From Sphingomonadaceae bacterium (GTDB lineage: Bacteria; Chloroflexota; UBA6077), in contig JBLNDL010000020.1 in NCBI GenBank assembly GCA_050261575.1, forward strand, positions 1 through 53,027: a DNA stretch of 53,027 nt, read 5' to 3'. Positions 1 through 11,319 of this stretch are shown here, piece after piece. The translations under genes were made by a program, and so were the position numbers. The stretch's first letter is position 1. Each line of letters opens with the position of its first letter. A model generated the notes under the pieces. The model did no database searches. It saw nothing but the letters and a program-made list of their open reading frames with translations, and was not told the origin of the DNA.

Positions 1-148
1 GGATGTTGATGGCCCCGGGGATGTGGGATGCCTCGTACTCCTGTGGGCTCCGGACGTCGACGAATAGGGCGGAGCCCTCGTCGTACTTCCTCTTTGCCTG
101 ATTCAGTGGGGTTCGTGGGACCTCTTCGACGGTTGTCGGCGCAGTCAA
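1..148 (-). CDS. Rhodanese-like domain protein (5' part; runs off the window edge)
   Basis: Not in ORF track. RBS GGAGGTG, TTG at 148, translation MTAPTTVEEVPRTPLNQAKRKYDEGSALFVDVRSPQEYEASHIPGAINI with the rhodanese motif DVR-x(3)-EY-x(3)-HIPGA. Confidence 0.85.
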   Translation of the reverse strand, partial: MTAPTTVEEVPRTPLNQAKRKYDEGSALFVDVRSPQEYEASHIPGAINI

Positions 149-260
149 CCGGTTCACCTCCTGATCGGAATGGATCTCGGGCGTCTGCGCATACCGCAGC
201 GGCGCCTGCGTGCCGGGGCGGCAAGGGGTGTGCCAGCCAGGTGAGGGCAGCAGGGCTTTC

Positions 261-350
261 TCATCCTCAACCCGAGCCGGAGGCGAAGGGTCTCCGGGTG
301 GCAATGCTAGTCCTCCCCCACGTGGAGATGCTTCGCTACGCTTAGCATGA
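261..350. repeat. Palindromic intergenic element family A, copy 1
   Basis: GCGAAGGGTCTCC ... GGAGATGCTTCGCTACGCTTAGCAT; related copies at 27001-27070 (inverted) and 35871-35937. Confidence 0.75.
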
Positions 351-431
351 TGGCTGTAGCGAGGCCGCGGCGAGTGCGATGCAGTGGCGGTCTGGGCGAC
401 TTCGGAGAGCCCTGGGTGGGGAAGCGCGGCC

Positions 432-461
432 TTGAAGTGGGGCATGGTGCTCTGGTATAGT
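432..461 (+). promoter_or_regulatory. Sigma70-type promoter of the pyr operon
   Basis: TTGAAG (432-437), N18, TATAGT (456-461) with extended -10 TG. Confidence 0.6.
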
Positions 462-499
462 ACGGAGCGGCGGAGACACCCAGTGGGTTCGGCTTCGCA

Positions 500-530
500 C
501 CTTTAATCCGGTCCCGTGAGGCCGGGAAGG
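500..530 (+). promoter_or_regulatory. PyrR-binding loop (anti-antiterminator) of pyr attenuator
   Basis: CCTTTAATCCGGTCCCGTGAGGCCGGGAAGG resembles the PyrR site (CCUUUAA...RGUCCNGNGAGGCY...AAGG); lies directly upstream of pyrR. Confidence 0.9.
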
Positions 531-544
531 AGCAGGGATGATAG

Positions 545-1147
<603 letters not shown>

Positions 1148-1162
1148 GAAAGGAGACCGGCG

Positions 1163-2218
1163 ATGTCTGAAACCGTTCTGGATGGGCGTTCCGGCCGTGA
1201 GGTGTCGGAACCAACCGAGACAGCCGGGCGCGGACCGGAGCCGTTCCGCCGCCGGCACCTGCTCGACCTGGACGATTTCTCGCCTGGGGAGATCCGTCGG
1301 GTGCTGGACACCGCGGACATTATGAGGGAGATCCTGCGCCGTCCCATCAAGAAGGTCCCCACCCTTCGGGGCAAGACGGTGGTCACCCTCTTCTACGAGG
1401 CCAGCACCCGGACTCGAGTCTCCTTCGAGATGGCGGCCAAGAATCTGGGCGCCGACACGGTCAGCGTGTCGGCCAGCACGAGCAGCGTGACCAAGGGCGA
1501 GTCACTGCTGGACACTCTGTGTACCCTGGAGGCTTTGGGCGCCGATGCGGTGGTCATTCGGCACTCCTACTCCGGCGCGCCGTACCTTGCAGCCCGGATC
1601 GTGAAGGGCTCGGTGATCAACGCAGGCGATGGCTGGCACGCCCACCCCACTCAGGGGTTGCTGGATGCCTACACGATCAAGAGCCGGCTGGGGGAGGTGG
1701 AGGGTCGCCGTGTGGTGATCCTGGGGGACATCCTGCACAGCCGGGTCGCCAGGTCTGCCATCTGGGCGCTGACCAAGCTGGGCGCAGAGGTCACGGTGTG
1801 CGGCCCTGCGACGCTCCTTCCCTCCTGGTGGGTGCGGACGGCGGCCGAGAACGATGGACTGGTGATGCCCGGCCTGAGACTCTCCACCGATCTGGATCGA
1901 ACCATAGAGGGCGCGGACGTGGTGATGGCGCTGCGGCTGCAGCTTGAACGGATGCAGGCCGGGCTGCTGCCGAGCATGAGGGAGTACGTGCGCCTGTTCC
2001 AGCTCACATCGGAGCGGCTGTCCAGGGCCAAGCCCGGCGCTCTCGTGATGCACCCGGGGCCCATGAACGAGGGGATAGAGATCGCCCCGGACGTGGCGCA
2101 CGGCGGCCAATCCGTGATCGAGGAGCAGGTATCCAACGGAGTGGCGATCCGGATGGCCCTTCTCTACCTGCTGATCGGCCCCAACGTTAACCTTCCGGTG
2201 GAGGGAGAGAAACGATGA
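1163..2218 (+). CDS. pyrB: Aspartate carbamoyltransferase catalytic subunit
   Basis: FYEASTRTRVSF, INAGDG, HPTQ, HPGPMN motifs. Confidence 0.97.
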   Translation: MSETVLDGRSGREVSEPTETAGRGPEPFRRRHLLDLDDFSPGEIRRVLDTADIMREILRRPIKKVPTLRGKTVVTLFYEASTRTRVSFEMAAKNLGADTVSVSASTSSVTKGESLLDTLCTLEALGADAVVIRHSYSGAPYLAARIVKGSVINAGDGWHAHPTQGLLDAYTIKSRLGEVEGRRVVILGDILHSRVARSAIWALTKLGAEVTVCGPATLLPSWWVRTAAENDGLVMPGLRLSTDLDRTIEGADVVMALRLQLERMQAGLLPSMREYVRLFQLTSERLSRAKPGALVMHPGPMNEGIEIAPDVAHGGQSVIEEQVSNGVAIRMALLYLLIGPNVNLPVEGEKR

Positions 2219-3564
2219 GCGAGCTGTGGATAGTCAACGGTCGGCTGGTTGACCCGAGCCAGGGGCTGGACGATCTCTACAACCTTCGCATCGTGGACGG
2301 TAGGGTCGACGATCTGGGACGGATCGACCCTCCGAGCGATCTCCCGGCGGAGCGGCTGATCGACGCGGGCGGATGTATCGTGTGCCCCGGCTTCGTGGAC
2401 ATCCACGTTCATCTGCGGCAGCCCGGCTACGAGGAGAAGGAGACCATCGCCACCGGAACGATGGCGGCAGCGGCAGGCGGCTTCACCACGGTGTGCGCCA
2501 TGCCCAACACGAAGCCCACCATCGACACCAGGGCAGACGTGGAGTTCGTCCTGGAGACGGCTCGCCGCGAGGCGGCGGTAAGGGTCTTCACGCTGGGCAG
2601 TGTGACCAAGGGCCAGAAGGGCGAGGAGCTGTCGGAGCTCGGCGAGATGGCCGACGCGGGAGCCGTAGCCTTCACCGACGACGGCCACGTGGTGGCCAAT
2701 CCAAAGTTGATGCGCTATGCGCTAGAATACTCCAGGATGTTGGGTCGTCCGGTGGCGCAGCACTGCGAGGACCCGGAGCTGTCGAACGGCGGCCTGATGC
2801 ACGAGGGCCGCATCTCCGCCCTGCTCGGGTTGCGAGGCCTTCCCGCCGCGGCGGAGGAGGCCATCGTCGCCCGGGACATCGCTTTGTGCCGGCTCACGGG
2901 AGGCCACGTCCACTTCCAGCACGTCAGCGCCGCCGGATCGGTGGAGCTGATACGGGCCGCGCGGGAGGAGGGGCTGCCGGTCACCGCTGAGGTAACCCCG
3001 CACCATCTGACGCTGACGGAGGACTGGGTGGCCGGAGGCAAGTGGGCTTCTCCGGCGGTGCTCGATCGTTGGGGCCGAATTCCCACCCATCCCTACGACA
3101 CCAACACGCGGGTAGCCCCCCCGCTTCGCAGCGAGCGGGACGCAGAGGCTCTCCTCATGGCGCTCGAGGATGGGCTCTTCGATGCCATCGCCACGGACCA
3201 TGCACCCCACACCATCGTGGACAAGCAGTGCGAGTTCGGCTTGGCCGCCAACGGCATCTCCGGCTTGGAGACGGCCCTCGGGACGCTGCTGACCCTGGTG
3301 CACAGGGGCGAGCTCAGCCTCTCCACCATGATCCGCTGCCTAACAGTGGAGCCGGCCCGCGTGATGAAGCTACCGCACGGCACACTACGGAAGGGTGCCG
3401 ACGCAGACGTGACCATCTTCGATCCCCGTGCGGAGTGGGTCGTCGACCCTGAGAGGTTCATCTCCAAGGGCAAGAACAGCCCGCTGGCGGGTGCGACCCT
3501 GCGAGGAAGAGTGTGTGCGACGCTCGTCGGCGGAAAGGTCGTCTACAGGGGTTCTGAGCGCTGA
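2215..3564 (+). CDS. pyrC: Dihydroorotase (long type I)
   Basis: DIHVHLRQPG, AGGFTTVCAMPNT, EVTPHHL, IATDHAPH, SKGKNSP; ATGA overlap with pyrB. Confidence 0.96.
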   Translation: MSELWIVNGRLVDPSQGLDDLYNLRIVDGRVDDLGRIDPPSDLPAERLIDAGGCIVCPGFVDIHVHLRQPGYEEKETIATGTMAAAAGGFTTVCAMPNTKPTIDTRADVEFVLETARREAAVRVFTLGSVTKGQKGEELSELGEMADAGAVAFTDDGHVVANPKLMRYALEYSRMLGRPVAQHCEDPELSNGGLMHEGRISALLGLRGLPAAAEEAIVARDIALCRLTGGHVHFQHVSAAGSVELIRAAREEGLPVTAEVTPHHLTLTEDWVAGGKWASPAVLDRWGRIPTHPYDTNTRVAPPLRSERDAEALLMALEDGLFDAIATDHAPHTIVDKQCEFGLAANGISGLETALGTLLTLVHRGELSLSTMIRCLTVEPARVMKLPHGTLRKGADADVTIFDPRAEWVVDPERFISKGKNSPLAGATLRGRVCATLVGGKVVYRGSER

Positions 3565-3585
3565 GTCCCAGGGCCTGTCCCGTCG

Positions 3586-3830
3586 ATGGCCAACGCATCG
3601 CGCGCTGAGCTACGCGATCAGCCGTATGTGGATGGGATCGGGGCACATCGATGAAGCTCTCTATGGCGCTCTCATGGGCGATTCCAGAGGTGTTGCTGGC
3701 ATCTTCGGCGCCTTGCGGATGTCCGTCGAGGCAGAACTGCAGCGTATCGGCCAGTCATACAGAAGGTCCAGGGAGCCGGAGACCGAATGCGTGGTCGAAG
3801 ATCCAGCACTCAGGACCCAGGATCCGAGAC
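3586..3830 (+). pseudogene. Frameshifted remnant of a four-helix-bundle (23S rRNA IVP-like) gene flanked by heptamer repeats
   Basis: MANASRAELRDQPYV in one frame, then GHIDEALYGALMGDSRGVAGIFGALRMSVEAEL in another; together resemble the family C-terminus (AxGSxxELxxQLxxA...GYI...EVxxxLxGL). Confidence 0.55.
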
Positions 3831-3845
3831 TGACATGGGGGCATT

Positions 3846-4982
3846 TTGAGTAAGAGAGTCGCAATCCTGATGCTGGAAGACGGTTCGACCTTCGTGGGCG
3901 AGCCTTTCGGTGCCGAGGTGGAGGCTGAGGGTGAGGTCGTCTTCAACACCTCCATGACCGGCTACCAGGAGGTGTGCACCGATCCCTCCTATCGCGGCCA
4001 GATGGTGGTGATGACCCATCCCCAGATCGGCAACTACGGAGTCAGCCCGGCGGCCGACGAGTCGGTGCGGCCGTGGGTGGCCGCGCTGATCGTTCGAGAC
4101 TACGCTCCCCACTATCACCACTGGCAGGGCCGGGCGAGCCTGGGTGACTGGCTCGCGGAATCCGGCGTGCCGGGCCTTCAGGGCATCGACACTCGCGCCC
4201 TGACCCGACTACTACGAACGAGGGGCACCATGCGTGCGCGACTCTTCCAGCGTGAAGCCCAGCCAGACGAGACGGAACTGGAGGCGATGCTGGAGGCGGT
4301 CCAGCAGGTGAGATCCCTCTCCGAGAAGGATCTGGTGGGTGAGGTGAGCGGCGCTGGAGCCCAGGCCGACGTGCTGCGCGCGGGATGGCGGGGCTCGGGT
4401 CCCCACGTGGTGCTGCTCGATTGCGGGGTGAAGCACAACATCGTTCGGTCGCTGGTGTGGCGGGGAGCCAGGGTCACCATCGTGGGCCACGCTGCCACCG
4501 TTCGGGATGTGAAGGAGCTCGATCCGGACGGGGTGCTGCTGTGCAACGGACCCGGGGATCCTGCAAGCCTGACTCGGACGGTGGAGACTGTGCGTGGGTT
4601 GCTCGAGACCCGCATCCCGATGATGGGCATCTGCCTCGGGCACCAAATCCTCGGGCTGGCCATCGGCGCCACCACCAGCCGGCTGAAGTTCGGCCACCAC
4701 GGAGGAAACCATCCGGTCAAGGATCTGAAGACCGGTCGGGTGGACATCACATCCCAGAACCACGAGTTCCAGGTGGATGCCGGGTCCATTCCGGCAGATA
4801 GCGGCTTCTTCGTCAGCCACATCAATCTGAACGATGGGTCGGTGGAGGGGCTGGCTCATCCCTCCCTACCCGTGTTCTCCGTCCAGTACCATCCCGAGGG
4901 CAGCCCTGGTCCGCAGGATAACCAGTACCTGTTCGATCGGTTCCTGGAGATGGTGAAGCGTGAGGGACGCCATGGCAGATAG
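3846..4982 (+). CDS. carA: Carbamoyl-phosphate synthase small subunit
   Basis: [27 protein letters not shown] (catalytic Cys), SVQYHPE. Confidence 0.97.
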   Translation: MSKRVAILMLEDGSTFVGEPFGAEVEAEGEVVFNTSMTGYQEVCTDPSYRGQMVVMTHPQIGNYGVSPAADESVRPWVAALIVRDYAPHYHHWQGRASLGDWLAESGVPGLQGIDTRALTRLLRTRGTMRARLFQREAQPDETELEAMLEAVQQVRSLSEKDLVGEVSGAGAQADVLRAGWRGSGPHVVLLDCGVKHNIVRSLVWRGARVTIVGHAATVRDVKELDPDGVLLCNGPGDPASLTRTVETVRGLLETRIPMMGICLGHQILGLAIGATTSRLKFGHHGGNHPVKDLKTGRVDITSQNHEFQVDAGSIPADSGFFVSHINLNDGSVEGLAHPSLPVFSVQYHPEGSPGPQDNQYLFDRFLEMVKREGRHGR

Positions 4983-7900
4983 ACCGATCAAGAAGGTGCT
5001 GGTGATCGGCTCCGGGCCCATAGTGATCGGCCAGGCTGCGGAGTTCGACTACGCCGGAACCCAGGCCTGCAAGTCGCTTCGTGAGGAGGGGATCACCACC
5101 GTGCTGGTGAACTCCAATCCGGCCACCATCATGACCGACGATGAGATCGCCGACACGATCTACGTCGAGCCCCTCACTGCCGAGGTGCTGGCCCGGGTCA
5201 TCGAGCGAGAGTGGCCAGATGGGCTTCTTCCCACCCTGGGGGGACAGACGGGGCTGAACCTGGCGGTGGAGGTGGCGGATGCAGGCATCCTGGACAGGTA
5301 CGGGGTAAAGCTGCTGGGCACTCCTCTGGAGACGATCAAGCGGGCCGAGGACAGGGAGCTTTTCAAGAAGATGCTCCAGGAGATCGGCGAGCCGATACCC
5401 GAGAGCGTCATCGCCCATTCGCTCGAGGAGGCGAGGGCTTTTGCTGCGAAGATCGGCTATCCGCTGATCATTCGGCCTGCCTACACCCTGGGAGGGACCG
5501 GCGGCGGGATTGCGAACGACGAAGCCGAGCTGGAGCGGGTGGTCGGGGGTGGCCTGGATGCCAGCCCCATCCGCCAGGTGCTGGTGGAGAGGTCGCTGAT
5601 CGGCTGGAAGGAGATCGAGTACGAGGTGATGCGGGACGCGGCGGACAACTGCATCACCATCTGCAACATGGAGAACATCGACCCGATGGGGGTCCACACT
5701 GGCGACTCCATCGTGGTGGCTCCCAGCCAGACTCTCTCCGACAAGGAGTACCAGATGCTCCGGTCGGCCTCCCTGAAGATCATCCGTGCGCTGGGCATCC
5801 AGGGGGGGTGCAACATTCAGTTCGGGCTGAACCCGAAGTCCATGGAGTACTGCGTCATCGAGGTGAACCCCAGGGTGAGCCGATCCTCGGCCCTGGCCTC
5901 CAAGGCCACCGGCTACCCCATTGCCCGGGTCGCGGCCAAGATCGCGGTGGGGCGGCGGTTAGACGAAATCCCCAACGCCGTGACCCAGCAGACGACTGCC
6001 GCTTTCGAGCCAACGCTGGATTACCTGGTCGTCAAGATCCCGCGCTGGCCCTTCGACAAGTTCCCGAGCGGTGATCGCACTCTTGGGACCCAGATGAAGG
6101 CGACGGGCGAGGTGATGGCGATCGACCGCTCCTTCGAGGCGGCGCTGCAGAAGGCTGTGCGGTCGCTGGAGCAAGGGAACCGCAGCCTGCTGTGGGAGGA
6201 TCCGGAGTGGAAGGAGGGCAGCGCCGAGGAGGGGATGGCGAAGTTGCGGCAGTCCATCGCCGTTCCCAACGATCGCCGGCTCTGGGCACTCATGGCCGCG
6301 TTGCGCCGGGAGATGTCTCCTGAGGAGATCTACCGGCTCTCAGGGATCGATCCCTTCTTCCTATCCAAGCTCTCCCGTATCGTGGCGATGGAGAGGCGGC
6401 TGCTGGGCGAGAAGATGACCTCCGCCCTGATGGCGGAGGCGAAGCGGCTCGGATTCTCCGATGCGCAGATAGGCACCCTGGCGGATCTTCTGCCGGAGCA
6501 GGTCCGAGCGCTTCGGAAGAGCTGGGGCATTCTGCCAGTCTACAAGATGGTGGATACCTGCGCGGCGGAGTTCCCCGCGGCCACCCCGTACTTCTACAGT
6601 AGCTACGAGACCGAGAACGAGGCCTCCGCTCTGGAGGGCGATGCTACCCTGGTGATCGGCTCGGGTCCGATCCGCATCGGGCAAGGGATCGAGTTCGACT
6701 ACTGCAGCGTGCGCTCGGCCATGGAGCTGCGGGATGCGAATGTCCACAGCATCATGGTGAACAGCAACCCGGAGACGGTGAGCACGGACTTCGACGCCTC
6801 CTCTCGGCTCTACTTCGAGCCGCTGGACGAGGAGAGCGTCCGCAACATCCTGGAGAACGAAACGCATGCTGAGCCTTGGGCCCTGTGCCCTGGACCCGAC
6901 GAGCCGCCTCTTCATCACCCAGCACCCAACGCCCCGCACTCGGTCCCAAGGACTGCGCGCTCAGGACTCAAGACCCAGGACGCAGGGCTCAGGACCGAGG
7001 ATGCCAACGGAGAGGTTCTGCATTCGCCCAGCGTCATCGTCCAGTTTGGCGGCCAGACGGCGATAAACCTGGCCGAGCCGCTGGAGAAGACGGGTGTGCG
7101 CATACTGGGCAGCGGGGCCGAGGCGATCGACCTGGCGGAGGATCGGCGGCGATTCGAGGATTTCCTGAACAAGCTGGGTATCCCGCAGCCCCCGGGCGCT
7201 GGCGTGACCAACCTGGAGGAGGCCTTGCGGACGGCCCAGACAATCGGCTACCCGGTGCTGATACGCCCCTCCTACGTTCTGGGTGGCAGGGCCATGGAGA
7301 TAGTCCACAACGCCAGCGAGATGGTGCGGTACGTCTCCGCCGTCGCCGAGTACTCCCAGGGGCATCCCTTCCTGATCGACAAGTACCTTGGCGGCAAGGA
7401 GGTGGAGGTCGACGCCATCTGCGATGGGGAGCAGGTGCTGATCCCGGGGATCATGCAGCACATCGAGCGGGCGGGGGTCCACTCCGGAGACAGCATGGCG
7501 GTGTACCCCGCGCTGGATCTGACCGTGCGGGAGACGGAGGCGATAGTCGACTACACTACCCGCATCGGCCTGTCGCTCGGGGTGCTGGGACTGATGAACG
7601 TCCAGTACGTGATCTACCAGCGAGAGGTGTTCGTGCTGGAGGTGAACCCCAGGGCCAGCCGCACGGTGCCCTTCCTGAGTAAGGTGACGGGGGTGCCTAT
7701 GGTGAAAGTTGCCACCCGGGTGATGCTCGGGGAGAGCCTGGCCCAGCAGGGTTACCAGGGTGGGCTGTGGCCGGAGCGGAACCTGGTGGCGGTGAAGGCC
7801 CCCGTATTCTCCATGAGCAAGCTCTCGATGGTGGATACGTACCTCGGCCCGGAGATGAAGTCCACCGGCGAGGTGATGGGGGTGGATCTGGAGTTCGCCC

Positions 7901-8394
7901 CCGCCCTGGTCAAGGCGCTGATGGCGGCCGGACTGATGCTGTCGCCCAGCGGTGCCGTCCTCTTCTCCGTGAGCGACCGCGACAAGCCTGAGGCTCTGGA
8001 CATCGCCCGGCGGTTCCACGAGCTGGGCTACGAGCTGTACGCTACAGAGGGTACAGCCCGGCTGTTTGAGGCGGTAAGGCTTCCGGTGCGGGTGATAACC
8101 AAGAAGCTGGACGAAGGGCACCCAAACGTGGTAGACGTGATCCGCGAGGGTCGGGTTCAGGGGGTGGTGAACACCATGAGTGGCGACCGGGTGCCCCTGC
8201 GGGACGGCTTCGAGATCCGGCGGGCGGCGGCCGAGCATCGGGTGCCCTGCTTCACCTCTCTGGATACGGCTCGGGCCGTCGCCGAGTCGCTCGCCTTGCG
8301 CGGGCGCAGCTTCAACGTGCTGCCGCTGAGGGAGTACCTGGAGAACCCCCAACGGGTGAGGCCCACCAGGGCGTGGGAGCGGGTGCCGCATTAG
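4972..8394 (+). CDS. carB: Carbamoyl-phosphate synthase large subunit with ~50-aa repeat-derived insertion
   Basis: [17 protein letters not shown], two ATP-grasp domains, EVNPR twice, C-terminal MGS domain; ATG at 4972. Confidence 0.97.
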   Translation: MADRPIKKVLVIGSGPIVIGQAAEFDYAGTQACKSLREEGITTVLVNSNPATIMTDDEIADTIYVEPLTAEVLARVIEREWPDGLLPTLGGQTGLNLAVEVADAGILDRYGVKLLGTPLETIKRAEDRELFKKMLQEIGEPIPESVIAHSLEEARAFAAKIGYPLIIRPAYTLGGTGGGIANDEAELERVVGGGLDASPIRQVLVERSLIGWKEIEYEVMRDAADNCITICNMENIDPMGVHTGDSIVVAPSQTLSDKEYQMLRSASLKIIRALGIQGGCNIQFGLNPKSMEYCVIEVNPRVSRSSALASKATGYPIARVAAKIAVGRRLDEIPNAVTQQTTAAFEPTLDYLVVKIPRWPFDKFPSGDRTLGTQMKATGEVMAIDRSFEAALQKAVRSLEQGNRSLLWEDPEWKEGSAEEGMAKLRQSIAVPNDRRLWALMAALRREMSPEEIYRLSGIDPFFLSKLSRIVAMERRLLGEKMTSALMAEAKRLGFSDAQIGTLADLLPEQVRALRKSWGILPVYKMVDTCAAEFPAATPYFYSSYETENEASALEGDATLVIGSGPIRIGQGIEFDYCSVRSAMELRDANVHSIMVNSNPETVSTDFDASSRLYFEPLDEESVRNILENETHAEPWALCPGPDEPPLHHPAPNAPHSVPRTARSGLKTQDAGLRTEDANGEVLHSPSVIVQFGGQTAINLAEPLEKTGVRILGSGAEAIDLAEDRRRFEDFLNKLGIPQPPGAGVTNLEEALRTAQTIGYPVLIRPSYVLGGRAMEIVHNASEMVRYVSAVAEYSQGHPFLIDKYLGGKEVEVDAICDGEQVLIPGIMQHIERAGVHSGDSMAVYPALDLTVRETEAIVDYTTRIGLSLGVLGLMNVQYVIYQREVFVLEVNPRASRTVPFLSKVTGVPMVKVATRVMLGESLAQQGYQGGLWPERNLVAVKAPVFSMSKLSMVDTYLGPEMKSTGEVMGVDLEFAPALVKALMAAGLMLSPSGAVLFSVSDRDKPEALDIARRFHELGYELYATEGTARLFEAVRLPVRVITKKLDEGHPNVVDVIREGRVQGVVNTMSGDRVPLRDGFEIRRAAAEHRVPCFTSLDTARAVAESLALRGRSFNVLPLREYLENPQRVRPTRAWERVPH
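6865..7010. repeat. Degenerate heptamer repeats (CAGGACT/CAGCACC-like) in frame within carB
   Basis: ...catcacc cagcacc caacgcc ccgcact ... caggact caagacc caggacg cagggct caggacc gaggatg... Confidence 0.8.
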
Positions 8395-8430
8395 CCCCCT
8401 CTTCCGGTGGGAGAGGGGGAGGACGAGGGC

Positions 8431-9198
8431 ATGAAGCTGGAGATTGCCACGATAATCGAAAAGCGGCAGGTCACAGCCGATCTGTGGAGCATCGAGTTGC
8501 GCGCGCCCCAGATCGCTCGTGAGGCGCGGCCCGGCCAGTTCATCCACGTTCGGGTGGCCGACGGGGTGGACCCACTCCTCCGGCGACCGATGAGCATCTG
8601 CCGCATAGGTGCGGACACGATCGATCTGCTGGTGAGGCCGGTGGGACGCGGCAGCCGGATGATGGTGGGGAAGCGTGTGGGGGAGCCGCTGGACTGCATC
8701 GGGCCCCTCGGCAACGGCTTCGCCATCCATCCCTCCAGCCGGAATCTGCTGCTCATTGGCGGCGGCAGCGGGATCGGTCCCGTGGTGGCCCTGGCGGATC
8801 ACGCCGTGGCGAAGGGCCTGTCGGTGGCGGTGCTGTTCGGCTTTCGTTCGGCCGCTGGGGTATACCCCAGCGGACTGCTGCCGCCCGAGGTGGAGTACGG
8901 CGTGGCCACAGACGATGGGTCGGCCGGCCACCACGGCCCGGTGACGGACCTGGTAGGGGATCACCTGGGGTGGGCGGATCAGATCTGCGCCTGCGGCCCC
9001 AGGCCGATGTACCTGTCGATGCTGGACATAACGCGCCGAGCGGCCGTTCGGAAGTCGGTGCAGGTCTCGCTGGAGGAGAACATGGCCTGCGGGGTGGGCG
9101 CTTGCTTCGGCTGTGTGGTGGAGACCAGGAGCGGCGAGATGAAGAGCGTCTGCGAGGACGGCCCGGTCTTCGAGATGAGAGATCTGGTGTGGGGATGA
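8431..9198 (+). CDS. pyrK: Dihydroorotate dehydrogenase electron-transfer subunit
   Basis: PGQF, LRRPMS, GPLGNGF, ACGP, EENMACGVGACFGC...C-DGPVF [2Fe-2S] motif. Confidence 0.95.
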   Translation: MKLEIATIIEKRQVTADLWSIELRAPQIAREARPGQFIHVRVADGVDPLLRRPMSICRIGADTIDLLVRPVGRGSRMMVGKRVGEPLDCIGPLGNGFAIHPSSRNLLLIGGGSGIGPVVALADHAVAKGLSVAVLFGFRSAAGVYPSGLLPPEVEYGVATDDGSAGHHGPVTDLVGDHLGWADQICACGPRPMYLSMLDITRRAAVRKSVQVSLEENMACGVGACFGCVVETRSGEMKSVCEDGPVFEMRDLVWG

Positions 9199-9204
9199 AC
9201 GAAG

Positions 9205-9280
9205 CGCCGAGTCTTGAGTGCTCCATCCCGAGGAGAGGGGCACTCACCACCCAGGACACGGGACACAGGACACTGAACTA
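9205..9280. repeat. Heptamer repeat element between pyrK and pyrD
   Basis: gagtctt gagtgct ... gcact caccacc caggaca cgggaca caggaca ctgaact. Confidence 0.7.
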
Positions 9281-9282
9281 AG

Positions 9283-10230
9283 ATGAGCGTCGATCTGTCT
9301 GTGGAGCTGGCACCGAGTCGAAAAGAGGGGTTGCGCCTGGAGAATCCGGTCATGGTTGCCTCTGGTTGCTTCGGCTGGGGCACCGAGTACGCGGGGCTGA
9401 TCGACATTCAGCGGCTGGGCGCGATCCTCTCGAAGGGCACCACCCTGCGACCCCGAAAGGGCAACCCGATGCCGCGACTGGTGGAGACCCCCGCGGGGAT
9501 GCTGAACGCCATCGGCCTCCAGAACATCGGGGTCCGCCGCGTCATCGCCGAGAAGGCGCCCATCTGGGCTACCTGGAAGGTGCCGGTGCTGGTGAACGTG
9601 GCAGGCGAGGACGTGGAAGAGTACTGCGAGTGCGCTCGTCTGCTCGATGGGGTGCCCGGCGTTGCGGGGATAGAGTTGAACGTATCCTGCCCCAACGTGC
9701 GCGCCGGAGGCGCCGTCTTCGCTTGCGATCCCGGCGCGGCGGCCGATGTGACCGCCGCGGTCCGTCGGGCCACCACCCTCCCGCTCATGGTAAAGCTGTC
9801 ACCCAACGTGGGGGACATCGCCGACATAGCCGTTGCGGTGGAGGAAGCCGGGGCGGACTGCATATCCCTGATTAACACCCTGGTGGGAATGAAGATCGAC
9901 CTGCGCCGCCGCCGCCCCTTCCTGGGCAACGCTACGGGGGGCCTCTCGGGGCCGGCCGTGCGCCCCGTGGCGGTGAGGATGGTGTACCAGGTTGCCCAGG
10001 CTGTCCGCATTCCCATCGTCGGACTGGGCGGCATCGCCTCCACCGAGGATGCGCTGGAGTTCCTTATGGCCGGGGCCTCCGCCATTCAGGTAGGGACGGC
10101 CATATTCATCGACCCCACTACCCCCCTTCGGATCATCGACGGCCTCGCCCGGTTCATGGAGAAGGAGGGAATGTCTCGTCTCAGCGAACTGGTGGGCGTG
10201 GCCAACCCACACTTCCTTGGAGCGAAGTAG
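9283..10230 (+). CDS. pyrD: Dihydroorotate dehydrogenase family 1B catalytic subunit
   Basis: NPVMVASG, MLNAIGLQN, ELNVSCPN, VKLSPN, GGLSGPA. Confidence 0.96.
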   Translation: MSVDLSVELAPSRKEGLRLENPVMVASGCFGWGTEYAGLIDIQRLGAILSKGTTLRPRKGNPMPRLVETPAGMLNAIGLQNIGVRRVIAEKAPIWATWKVPVLVNVAGEDVEEYCECARLLDGVPGVAGIELNVSCPNVRAGGAVFACDPGAAADVTAAVRRATTLPLMVKLSPNVGDIADIAVAVEEAGADCISLINTLVGMKIDLRRRRPFLGNATGGLSGPAVRPVAVRMVYQVAQAVRIPIVGLGGIASTEDALEFLMAGASAIQVGTAIFIDPTTPLRIIDGLARFMEKEGMSRLSELVGVANPHFLGAK

Positions 10231-10368
10231 CCCGAACCGTGTGCTCTCGTGCGGTCAGCGGCTGCTTCGACTCAGCACCTCGATGGAGACTTTCGCCCCA
10301 GGGGCTCCAGGCGTCCCCATCGCGGCAGCGGTGCCGCTGGAGATAAACGCGCAAGGAGGCAGTTGTCC

Positions 10369-11163
10369 GTGAGAATCGGCCGGAAAACGCGGAATCGCCC
10401 GCCGGAGGAGTACTTCAAGGAAGCCAAGGAGCTTGGATTCAACTGGCTAGAGCTCGGTTGTGAGGCCCCCATCAGCTTTCCTCACACCTTCGACGACCGC
10501 CGTATCGCCCGGATACGGGATCTGCGACAGCAGTACGAGATCGACTACGGGCTTCACTCTGCATCCTTCGTCAACAGCGCCGAGATCATGCCGAGGGTGC
10601 GCGAGGCGGTGGAGCAGCACCTGATCGAGTACATCGAACTGGCGGCGAAGCTGGAGGCCGAGTATCTGGTGATCCATTGCGGGTTCCACTTCAGCCAGTT
10701 CATGGATGAGACCTTCGCCGCTCTACTCGCCACCCTTCGCAGGGCGGTGGCGGTGGCCGAGAAGCTGGATGTGCCGATGGTGATCGAGAACATGAACCGC
10801 CTTCATGCGGATTGCGAGATCAACTACCTCGGCACCACCGTCGAGGAGTTGAAGATCGTGTTCGATGCCATCGACAGCCCTTACCTCGGGTTGGCGCTGG
10901 ACGCGGGCCACGCCCATCTCCTTCCCGGCGGTATCGATTCCTTCCTCGACGCGTTCGGTCCCAAGATCGGCGGATTGCACATGCACGACAACGACGGGGT
11001 GCTGGACCGCCATTGGGCCATGGGCAAAGGCACCGTGGATTGGCCTTCCCTCTTCTCCAGACTGCAGCAGATCGGCTACAAGGGTGGGTACACCATCGAA
11101 CTGGCCGACGACCAGGCGGTGCTGCAGAGCAAGAGCTACCTACAGAGCATAGGGGTCATGTAG
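10369..11163 (+). CDS. Sugar phosphate isomerase/epimerase (AP-endonuclease-2 TIM barrel)
   Basis: IENM, LDAGHA, HMHDNDG-x-DRH-x(3)-GKG-x-VDW, TIE metal ligands; start GTG 10369 (or TTG 10363) after AAGGAGG. Confidence 0.85.
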   Translation: MRIGRKTRNRPPEEYFKEAKELGFNWLELGCEAPISFPHTFDDRRIARIRDLRQQYEIDYGLHSASFVNSAEIMPRVREAVEQHLIEYIELAAKLEAEYLVIHCGFHFSQFMDETFAALLATLRRAVAVAEKLDVPMVIENMNRLHADCEINYLGTTVEELKIVFDAIDSPYLGLALDAGHAHLLPGGIDSFLDAFGPKIGGLHMHDNDGVLDRHWAMGKGTVDWPSLFSRLQQIGYKGGYTIELADDQAVLQSKSYLQSIGVM

Positions 11164-11319
11164 ACACCAGCTATCGGCAGTCAGCCGCTGGAAGCCGCAC
11201 GGGACCGGGGCAGCGAATTCGCTGCCCCGGCCCTCCTCGTTGCTCCAACGAGAACCGAAAGCCCCAACGCTGGTGGGGTTGGGGGTGCCCCCGCCTCCTC
11301 GCAGTCGGCGTGCAGACGG

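Noticed and set aside
6865..7020. Intein or intron in carB
   Set aside because: Too short; no N-terminal C/S plus C-terminal HN splice motifs and no group I/II features.
6961..9243. 760-aa minus-strand ORF, and other long shadow ORFs (12287-14323, 34209-36164, 38402-40249, 51692-52981)
   Set aside because: They overlap well-supported genes, lack motifs and are expected from high-GC codon bias.
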